Shown piece by piece: positions 1 through 7,111 of a stretch of DNA of 64,000 nucleotides. This stretch comes from Gemmatimonadales bacterium UBA2960 (GTDB taxonomy: Bacteria; Gemmatimonadota; Gemmatimonadetes; Longimicrobiales; Gaopeijiaceae). The notes beneath the pieces were generated by a model, which made no database searches, was not told the DNA's origin, and saw only the letters and a list, made by a program, of their open reading frames with translations. Where the stretch lies: NCBI GenBank assembly GCA_002348465.1, contig DEBI01000134.1, positions 375 to 64,374 on the forward strand, given 5' to 3'. The position numbers and the translations under genes are program-made. The first letter of the stretch is position 1; every line of letters starts with the position of its first letter.

Positions 1-462
1 GATGTGTTTTGTCTTTTCAAGACCCATGTTCGACCAGGTCGCCCCACCATCCGTCGATTTGTATACACCATCGCCCCACGGGGATGACTGTCGATTTTGC
101 GGTTCACCGGTTCCCACCCACACCAAATTAGGGTTGTTCTGGTCTATCGTGACATCGCCGATCGTGCTAGTTGGCTGATCGTCGAAGAGCGGTGTCCAAG
201 AAGTGCCGTGATTCTCAGTCTTCCAGAGGCCGCCCGTCGCAGTGCCGAGGTAAAAGAATTGTGGCTTTGACTCTACCACGGCTAGGCTTGAGATTCGACC
301 TCCCATAAGAGCCGGGCCAATTTCGCGGAACGTCAGCGCCGACATCGTGGTCTGCAGGTCCGGCGCTTGTGCTGTGGCAGAATTGTTGAAGCTAGTCACG
401 AGAACAGCTGCGACGAGACCAACTCTATGAGCGTGGACGAGGAAGGTCTTGGATGTGTTCAT
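1..462 (-). CDS. BNR/Asp-box (sortilin/VPS10-type) repeat protein, N-terminal part; the gene runs off the left edge
   Basis: Absent from the ORF track because the window edge truncates it. Reverse-strand ATG at 462-460. My translation: MNTSKTFLVHAHRVGLVAAVLVTSFNNSATAQA (signal-like) ...FREIGPALMGGRISSLAVV...YLGTATGGLWKTENHGTSWTPLFDDQ...VWVGTGEPQNRQSSPWGDGVYKSTDGGATWSNMG. The S-x-D-x-G-x-T-W Asp-box and this N-terminal pattern are typical of the family. Confidence 0.8.
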   Translation of the reverse strand, partial: MNTSKTFLVHAHRVGLVAAVLVTSFNNSATAQAPDLQTTMSALTFREIGPALMGGRISSLAVVESKPQFFYLGTATGGLWKTENHGTSWTPLFDDQPTSTIGDVTIDQNNPNLVWVGTGEPQNRQSSPWGDGVYKSTDGGATWSNMGLEKTKHI

Positions 463-747
463 CAGTCGAATTGGCGTAGAGAATCAGGTTCTGGGCAGTA
501 TAAGGCACGACTCTGCTAAGCCGACTCATTGACTGCAGATCGGTATTCTGCGGCGGCTCGGTGAGAGCGCAAGCTCCAACTATAATTGGGGATGTATTGG
601 ATCCCGACGTTCATAAGGGAGTAAGTTCTATGTGGATCGTAAGCCGGACTGAAGGAGTCCCGCACTATTTCTAGGCAGCTCTCTACCACACAAGCCGCGC
701 TTCTCCCGGTCGGTTTCGCGGCAGCCATTGTTGCTACGACCCGTCTG

Positions 748-2226
748 ATGCCGCAGGTGACGACGCATTCGACGATCACCGCCAGCTTCTATGGTGCAGC
801 GGGCGTACTCATGATTGGAGCTCTTGTTTTCTACCTGGCCGCCCTGCGTTCGGGTCGAGAGCTTTCGTGGGCAGTTGTGATTAAAACACCGCACTGGCTG
901 CAGATGCTCGCGCAGGGCAGCCTTATGGTGTACTGGGGAGCGTTCCTCCCGGCCGTGTATGGCAACATGCAGCTGATTGTGGGTCAGTTGTTCTTCGCAT
1001 ACGGGTTCGATGCGCTTTTGCAGTTCGCTCGTGGCAACCAGTTTAAGCTCGGATTTGGGCCGTTTCCCATCCTGTTTAGCATCAACTTTTTCCTCTGGTT
1101 CCGGCCCGAGTTCTATTACTGGCAGTTTGCAGTAATAGCTCTTGGTTTCGCGGCAAAATCTTTCATTCACTGGAAACGAGACGGAGCGACCAGGCACATT
1201 TTCAACCCGTCTTCGTTCCCCCTCAGTGTGTTCTCGTTGGTTTTGATTCTTACCGGGACGACGGGTGCCACGTTCGGCCAAGAGATCGCCCAGTCGCTGT
1301 TCAATCCACCACATATCTATTTAGCGGTTTTTCTTGTCACGCTTCCGGCCCAAATCCTGTTCGGAGTCGCGACGATGACAATTGCGGCCGTGACCACCGC
1401 ATTCGCGTTCAGTGCCGGTTTCTACGCGCTTACGGGAGCATACTTCTTCCGTGATGCGTATATCCCGATCGCTGTATTTCTCGGAATGCACCTCCTGTTT
1501 ACCGATCCGGCGACATCCCCTCGAACGGAACAGGGTCGGGTGATCTTCGGCTTTCTCTATGCGTCCTTCACTATTGCCCTAGCTGGACTCCTAGAGTTAG
1601 CTGGAGCTCCGACGTTCTACGACAAACTTTTGCCGATCCCGATTCTGAATCTGATGGTTCGACGAATCGATGCTGTCGCGGTGAGAGGTGTTTTCAGGTA
1701 TCTGGAACCTGCCCGCATACTTGCTTCACTAGGAATAGCCCCGGCACGGCTCGCTACGGCGAGCCTCTGGGCGTTGATGTTTGTTGGCCTAGGGACCAGC
1801 GGAGGCGTGGGGGATGATCACCCGGGTCAGTATCTTCCGTTCTGGCAGGAGGCCTGTAGCGAAGGAAATGCTAGAGCCTGCGAGTACGTTGCTGATGTTG
1901 AAACCGTGTACTGCGAACGGGGCTCAGGCTGGGCCTGTAACGAGCTTGGGGTGACGCTCTCCTCCCTAGGGGCGGACCCAGGGATTGTTCGGGCAGCGTT
2001 TAATCAGGCTTGTGCCATGGAATTCGGTCCCGGTTGTGAGAATAGTCTAAAGATGGCGACACGTCAGACCGACTTCGTGCATGCGAACCCTCCTGACGAT
2101 GAGCTTCCAATCGTTATCCGGGGGAGCAAGGGTCCGATCATAGAGATGGACACTTCAGTGCTCTATTCTTTAGCCTGTGACCGAGGTTGGACAACGTACT
2201 GTACTGGGCCGATGGTCAATATGTAG
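748..2226 (+). CDS. Polytopic membrane protein with an RnfD/NqrB-like core and a C-terminal CX7C (Sel1/Hcp-like) cysteine-repeat domain
   Basis: 492-aa ORF. Motifs HIFNPSS, TGAT and LLFTDPATSPRTEQGRVIFG resemble RnfD (NPFNPA, SQAT, FILTDPVT..NRGRLIFG). The tail has four Cys pairs spaced 7 residues apart: C-SEGNARA-C, C-ERGSGWA-C, C-AMEFGPG-C, C-DRGWTTY-C. Confidence 0.6.
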   Translation: MPQVTTHSTITASFYGAAGVLMIGALVFYLAALRSGRELSWAVVIKTPHWLQMLAQGSLMVYWGAFLPAVYGNMQLIVGQLFFAYGFDALLQFARGNQFKLGFGPFPILFSINFFLWFRPEFYYWQFAVIALGFAAKSFIHWKRDGATRHIFNPSSFPLSVFSLVLILTGTTGATFGQEIAQSLFNPPHIYLAVFLVTLPAQILFGVATMTIAAVTTAFAFSAGFYALTGAYFFRDAYIPIAVFLGMHLLFTDPATSPRTEQGRVIFGFLYASFTIALAGLLELAGAPTFYDKLLPIPILNLMVRRIDAVAVRGVFRYLEPARILASLGIAPARLATASLWALMFVGLGTSGGVGDDHPGQYLPFWQEACSEGNARACEYVADVETVYCERGSGWACNELGVTLSSLGADPGIVRAAFNQACAMEFGPGCENSLKMATRQTDFVHANPPDDELPIVIRGSKGPIIEMDTSVLYSLACDRGWTTYCTGPMVNM

Positions 2227-2299
2227 GAAGCAACGGCACCTCTGGCGCGTTCGTGTGATCGGCCTCAGTCTCCCGGGGACTCGACTCTTGGGAGATACC

Positions 2300-4078
2300 A
2301 TGAAGAAGACCCTCTTCGCTGTCAGCGGACTCACTTTAGGCGTTCTATTGTTCTCAACGCCGGCAGCTGATGCCCAACAACAGCGAGACCCGCGTTCAAT
2401 GGGCGGCGGTGATTGTGCCGGCAATGTCTACAACTGCATGGACACGCCGAATCCGCTTCCTGCGCCGAACACAGTTTGGATTGAGGAAATGACGTGGATG
2501 GACGTCCGCGACGCCCTTGAGAGTGGGAAGACGACAGCCCTTATCACGACTGGGGGTGTAGAGCCGAACGGACCATTTCTCGCCACAGGCAAACATAACT
2601 TCGTGCTGAGGACGAACTGTGACGCGATCGCGCGCGAACTGGGGGATGCTCTTTGCGCTCCAGTTATCAAGCTCGTGCCAGAGGGCAATATCAATCCGCC
2701 ATCGAGTCACATGACAAGCCCAGGTACAATATCGATGACCCAGCCAACGTTCGAAGCGATGCTTACCGATGTCGCACACAGTCTGAAGATGCATGGGTTC
2801 CGTAGCATCGTGTTTTTTGGTGACAGCGGCGGTAATCAAGCTGGAATGCGAAACGTTGCTGAGAGACTCAACCTGATGTGGGAAGACGTGGTCGTTGCGC
2901 ACGTGCGAGAGTATTACGATTACGGCGCGGTCGATGCGTATATGGGTTCACGCGGGTTCCCCAGTGGCGAATCAGATGGATTACATGACGATCCGATTAT
3001 CTCACTCAATATGTTTGCAGATGATCCGTTCTCGATCCGCTACGATGAGCGAGTGGATGCGGGTCTAACGACCATCAATGGCGTGTCACTCGCTGACCGG
3101 GTTCAAAACATGGAGTGGGCTAGGGACATCGTCGACTTCCGCGCTGATTGGACGGCAGGCTATATCCGTGATGCACTGGCGATGGGTGGTACGATGCCGA
3201 TGCCTCAGCGAGCAGAAAATGCGCGGCGTCAGGGTCCACCGTCGGGCTTCCAAAGGCCCGACCCAGATCCGCGCGATATGGGAGGAGGCAGATGTGCGGA
3301 CAACGCGTGGAACTGCGCAGATACGCCCAATCCATTACCGCCTACTGAGACGCTTTGGATTGAAGAAATGACGTGGATGGATGTCCGTGATGCGCTTAAT
3401 GGCGGGAAGACGACCGCGATTATCTCTGCGGGAGGCGTGGAGCCCAACGGTCCTTGGCTCGTGACCGGTAAGCATAATTACGTGCTCAGGGAAAACTGTC
3501 CGCGCATAGCTATGTACCTCGGAAATGCTCTTTGTGCTCCTGTACTTGAGTTGGTGCCAGAGGGTGGGATTGAGCCGCAGACAGGTCACATGACCAGCCC
3601 TGGAACGATTAGTCTGAAGCAAGAGACTTTCGAAGCCGTCCTGACCGACATGGCCGAAAGTCTGTATCAGCATGGTTTCGAGAACATAGTGTTCATTGGC
3701 GACTCCGGTGGAAACCAGCGAGGAATGCAAAACGTAGCAAACGAGCTCACTGAGAAGTGGGGGGGTGCTGCTCGGGCTCATTTCGTTGGAGAGTACTATC
3801 GATCGCCCCCAGGCTCACGGAATGTGTTGCGTGAGTTGGGCGTTTTGCGAGAGGGCATGCCGAGTGACAACATTCACGACAGTCCCGGCATAACGCTCAA
3901 CATGATGCTCGACGACATCAATTCGGTGCGTTGGGCCGAGCGAGTAGCGACGGGTCAGGCGGTCATCAACGGTGTTGACATAAGCGATCTGACGCAGGCC
4001 CTAACATGGGCCGAAGAAATCGCTGACGTGCGCTCAGACCGGACGGCCAGCATCATTCGAGAGCGAATTGGACATTGA
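2300..4078 (+). CDS. Secreted protein made of two tandem creatininase-fold (creatinine amidohydrolase family) modules
   Basis: The track ORF starts at 2177 and overlaps the upstream gene. The internal ATG at 2300 gives MKKTLFAVSGLTLGVLLFSTPAADAQQ, a signal peptide. Each half contains WIEEMTWMDVRDAL..GKTTA.I..GGVEPNGP.L.TGKHN and F.GDSGGNQ.GM.NVA, which resemble the family motifs (..E.HG.HLP..TD and NGHGGN). Confidence 0.7.
   Translation: MKKTLFAVSGLTLGVLLFSTPAADAQQQRDPRSMGGGDCAGNVYNCMDTPNPLPAPNTVWIEEMTWMDVRDALESGKTTALITTGGVEPNGPFLATGKHNFVLRTNCDAIARELGDALCAPVIKLVPEGNINPPSSHMTSPGTISMTQPTFEAMLTDVAHSLKMHGFRSIVFFGDSGGNQAGMRNVAERLNLMWEDVVVAHVREYYDYGAVDAYMGSRGFPSGESDGLHDDPIISLNMFADDPFSIRYDERVDAGLTTINGVSLADRVQNMEWARDIVDFRADWTAGYIRDALAMGGTMPMPQRAENARRQGPPSGFQRPDPDPRDMGGGRCADNAWNCADTPNPLPPTETLWIEEMTWMDVRDALNGGKTTAIISAGGVEPNGPWLVTGKHNYVLRENCPRIAMYLGNALCAPVLELVPEGGIEPQTGHMTSPGTISLKQETFEAVLTDMAESLYQHGFENIVFIGDSGGNQRGMQNVANELTEKWGGAARAHFVGEYYRSPPGSRNVLRELGVLREGMPSDNIHDSPGITLNMMLDDINSVRWAERVATGQAVINGVDISDLTQALTWAEEIADVRSDRTASIIRERIGH
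2384..4075 (+). repeat. Intragenic tandem duplication: module 1 about 2384-3271, module 2 about 3272-4075
   Basis: The two halves align at protein level (RDPRSMGGGDCAGNVYNCMDTPNPLPAPNTVWIEEMTWMDVRDAL vs RDMGGGRCADNAWNCADTPNPLPPTETLWIEEMTWMDVRDAL). They also align in places at DNA level (tggattgaggaaatgacgtggatggacgtccg vs tggattgaagaaatgacgtggatggatgtccg). Confidence 0.85.
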
Positions 4079-4114
4079 TTTGATTTTTCAGAAAACATTT
4101 TGATCTAGGAGTTC

Positions 4115-4144
4115 GATCACTACCGAGAGAGCTTGGTAGTGATC
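4115..4144 (+). terminator. Hairpin downstream of the creatininase-like gene (possible terminator)
   Basis: Perfect 10-bp stem gatcactacc / ggtagtgatc with a 10-nt loop, 37 nt after the stop codon. The trailing T-run is poor (gggctcctgtttctt). Confidence 0.35.
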
Positions 4145-4273
4145 GGGCTCCTGTTTCTTGACCTTTAGGGCAGTCTTTTCCCTTTGGGCGTTTTACACTA
4201 AGGCGCATACGCTAAAGTAGATTGAGTGACTGCGATGCTTGAATCGATGATCTGAACCGAGTAGGAGCTCCCT

Positions 4274-5296
4274 GTGCCTCTGTATCCATTGTTACTGGCG
4301 CCTATCTACAAGGAGAAGGTCTGGGGTGGGCGTGGGCTCGAAGAATTCGGAAGGGTTTTGCCCGGGGGCTCAGAAGCCATGATCGGTGAATCGTGGGAGT
4401 TGGCTGATCTTTCGGTTACGAATCCCTCTGGTGGAGGGGGTGAGGCGGCCCGTTCGGTGATAAGGAACGGACCCCTCAGCAAGCGGACGTTCGGAGACGT
4501 CATTAGGGATTTCGGGCCGGTGGTGACTGGGACGATGAAACTTTCGCCCGATGGATCGTTTCCTCTCTTACTCAAGTATCTTGATGCTCGGGAGAACCTT
4601 TCAGTCCAAGTCCACCCGTCTGAGGCTTACGCGGCCGAGCATCCAGATGTGCATCTTAAGTCAGAAGCGTGGTACGTCGTGGCTACGGAGCCTGGAGCCA
4701 CGATCTACCGAGGTCTTGTGGCAGGTGTAGACCGTGAGCGTTTTCAGGTGGCGGCTCGGGATGGCTCGTTGGAGGCGTTGCTGCGGTCAGAGCCTGTAGT
4801 GCCCGGCCAATGCATCTATTTACCTAGTGGCACCGTGCATGCCCTAGGGGGAGGAGTTTTGGTTGCTGAAGTCCAGACTGCGTCGGACACCACATTTAGG
4901 GTTTTTGACTGGGGTCGTACTGGCCGAGAGCTGCATATACAAGAGGCACTTGCGTGCATCGATTTCACGGGTACAGAGCCCGAAACGATCGACTTTGAAG
5001 AAGTAGCAGCCGACGATGGAGATTGGGCTATGCGCTCACTTGTTAGCTGCGAGCACTTCCAAATGAATGAGTGGACCGCGCTTGGGACCGTTCCCCACGC
5101 TTTTGTCTCGGATGAGCTTAGTGTGCTGATGGTGGTAAGTGGTTCGGCTATAATTACTTGGGGTGAGGGTGAAGGACGAACTTTGATGGTCGGAACAGGT
5201 GATACCATAGTTTTACCAGCAGGGCTAGCCTCTGCTGAGGTCCACGCCAAACTAGATCTAACGCTGCTAGAGATAGCTCCGCCAAGGACGAACTAA
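4274..5296 (+). CDS. manA: Class I mannose-6-phosphate isomerase (cupin type)
   Basis: GTG start. N-terminus PLLLAPIYKEKVWGG, LSVQVHPS, SEAWYVV and PSGTVHALGGG match the type I PMI signature blocks. Confidence 0.8.
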   Translation: MPLYPLLLAPIYKEKVWGGRGLEEFGRVLPGGSEAMIGESWELADLSVTNPSGGGGEAARSVIRNGPLSKRTFGDVIRDFGPVVTGTMKLSPDGSFPLLLKYLDARENLSVQVHPSEAYAAEHPDVHLKSEAWYVVATEPGATIYRGLVAGVDRERFQVAARDGSLEALLRSEPVVPGQCIYLPSGTVHALGGGVLVAEVQTASDTTFRVFDWGRTGRELHIQEALACIDFTGTEPETIDFEEVAADDGDWAMRSLVSCEHFQMNEWTALGTVPHAFVSDELSVLMVVSGSAIITWGEGEGRTLMVGTGDTIVLPAGLASAEVHAKLDLTLLEIAPPRTN

Positions 5297-5563
5297 ATGA
5301 GGGGAAACGCCATACATCCACCTTCGGATGAAGAACTCAATGTCTATATCCGGACGCGCTATCAGCTTCTTGGCGTAGATATTTCAGTTCTTCCAGAGTC
5401 TGACCCCGACGCTCCGATGGATCAGGAGCGCCTCCTTGAAAACGGGCGTTCGATCCTTCGCCAGGAGGTGGTAGCGGCTGATTTCGACATTGATCCTCAG
5501 TTCAATTTGCCCGTGCCTCACCCGGCTCCCTTTGTTGCATGGACAGAAGAGGTCGAGCAGTGA
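5297..5563 (+). CDS. Small hypothetical protein (88 aa), translationally coupled between manA and the amidase
   Basis: Its ATG directly follows the manA TAA (taaatg). Its TGA overlaps the GTG of the amidase (gtga at 5560-5563). No signal peptide or TM segment. See findings for the GatC/AtzG-like hypothesis. Confidence 0.45.
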   Translation: MRGNAIHPPSDEELNVYIRTRYQLLGVDISVLPESDPDAPMDQERLLENGRSILRQEVVAADFDIDPQFNLPVPHPAPFVAWTEEVEQ

Positions 5564-7107
5564 GGCCTCCCCAGGACACAGTGATATCAAGACGATGGTT
5601 CCTCGAGAGGATGGCTTGGATCACGACAGCCGCCGCGGGTGCTGATGCCCTAGTGCCGCGACCACTTTTGGGAGCAGACAGGACTCGCGAATATCTCCGG
5701 GAGATTCCGGCATCCAATAACACACTTCAGCAGGTTAGTGAGCTAACCGAACTTACGATTTCGGAGACTGTTGACTTCTTGAGGCGTGGTGTTGTTTCAC
5801 CTGAGGATCTTGTGAGAGCGCATGTAGACCGAATCGATCGCTATGATCAATTCTACCGAGCTTATGCTGATCGACCATCGCTGGACGCTTTGCTCGCCTC
5901 AAATCGCTCAGAGCAGGATGGATCCTATCAGCCCCTTAAAGGCGTGTGCCTCGCGCCAAAGGACAATTTTTATACGACGGACATGCTAACGGAGGGTGGC
6001 TCTCTCGTCTTCGAAGGTTTTCAACCCCACTACGATGCGACTGCGGTTGCATCCATGCGGTCAGCGGGTGGCTTGATTGTTGGTAAGGCCCAGATGGGAA
6101 ATCTTGCCGGTGGCAGGGCACAGGTGTATGGAACGACTATCCCTACAACCCGCAATGCATGGACTCCCAATCACGTAAATTACTCACCGGGAGGATCCTC
6201 CTCGGGTACTGGAACTGCGGTAGCGGCTAGAATGGCGGTTGCCGGACTAGGGACGCAGACCGGTGGCTCAGTGGTGGGACCGGGGAATGCACAGGGGCTC
6301 ACCTGCATAAAGCCCACCTTCGGACGGATCTCTCTACATGGTGTCATTCCTCTCAGCTACACTCGCGATCATGTGGGCCCGATGGCGAGAAACGTCATGG
6401 ATGCAGCCATCCTACTTCAGATTTTGGCACATCCCGACCCAAACGACCCTCGGACGAGGGGACTTCCGCCTGCACCTAACTACGTTGGGTCGGCGGCTCC
6501 CACCTTAGGTCTTAATACACCTGTTCGCTGGCCGACTCGGGTTGGTGTGTTCCCTGGATGGACTGACCCTAACAATGAGGCAGTAGCCAGAATGCGTGGC
6601 GACTTCCTTCGTGAGCTTGAGTCCATGGGTAATGTGCAGTTAGTAGGGGAGATAACTCTGCCAGAGCAATGGGAGGAACTGACATCGCAGCCACTAGGTG
6701 GCTCCCATGGAGATCCGACTGCGTTCTTTATCGAGCCACTAAGGAGGGACGTGCGCTTATTCGGAGATCGACTGCCACGTTTTCTAAATGGTATGCTCCA
6801 GAGCGCGGACACATACGTAAAAGTGCAGCAAGCGCGTATGTTGCTTTTACGCAGTATCCAGACACAGTTGTTTAACCAATGTGATGTTGTGCTGACTGAG
6901 GGTTCGGGTGCGTTTGATGGGACTGGGATGCCAGTGCTTTGCATGCCGATAGGCTTTGACACCGACCCCAGTTCAGGAATGTCTGTGCCGCGAGGAGTAA
7001 ATTTGGCCGCTCCGCCATTCGGAGAAGAGCGCCTGTTCGCGGTCGCTGCGGCTTGGCAAGCTAGGACGGACTACCACACTGTTCGCCCGGAGGATCCGGT
7101 AGGGTGA
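5560..7107 (+). CDS. Amidase-signature (GatA-like) family amidase with a twin-arginine signal
   Basis: GGSSSGTGTAVAARMAVAGLGTQTGGSVVGP is the amidase signature, and APKDNF holds the Lys block. The N-terminus ISRRWFLERMAWITTAAAGADA is Tat-like. I prefer the GTG at 5560 (GAGG 8 nt upstream, 4-nt overlap). The ATG at 5539 is the alternative. Confidence 0.85.
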   Translation: MRPPQDTVISRRWFLERMAWITTAAAGADALVPRPLLGADRTREYLREIPASNNTLQQVSELTELTISETVDFLRRGVVSPEDLVRAHVDRIDRYDQFYRAYADRPSLDALLASNRSEQDGSYQPLKGVCLAPKDNFYTTDMLTEGGSLVFEGFQPHYDATAVASMRSAGGLIVGKAQMGNLAGGRAQVYGTTIPTTRNAWTPNHVNYSPGGSSSGTGTAVAARMAVAGLGTQTGGSVVGPGNAQGLTCIKPTFGRISLHGVIPLSYTRDHVGPMARNVMDAAILLQILAHPDPNDPRTRGLPPAPNYVGSAAPTLGLNTPVRWPTRVGVFPGWTDPNNEAVARMRGDFLRELESMGNVQLVGEITLPEQWEELTSQPLGGSHGDPTAFFIEPLRRDVRLFGDRLPRFLNGMLQSADTYVKVQQARMLLLRSIQTQLFNQCDVVLTEGSGAFDGTGMPVLCMPIGFDTDPSSGMSVPRGVNLAAPPFGEERLFAVAAAWQARTDYHTVRPEDPVG

Positions 7108-7111
7108 TCCT

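Noticed and set aside
2177-2299. N-terminally extended track ORFs: 2177, 12044, 18279, 25653, 36522, 37841, 43210, 47520, 57764, 58294, 58632 and 59167.
   Set aside because: The extensions overlap the preceding gene or lack a signal peptide or family N-terminus. Internal starts give proper signal peptides, Shine-Dalgarno-like sites or classic 1-4 nt stop-start overlaps, so I used those.
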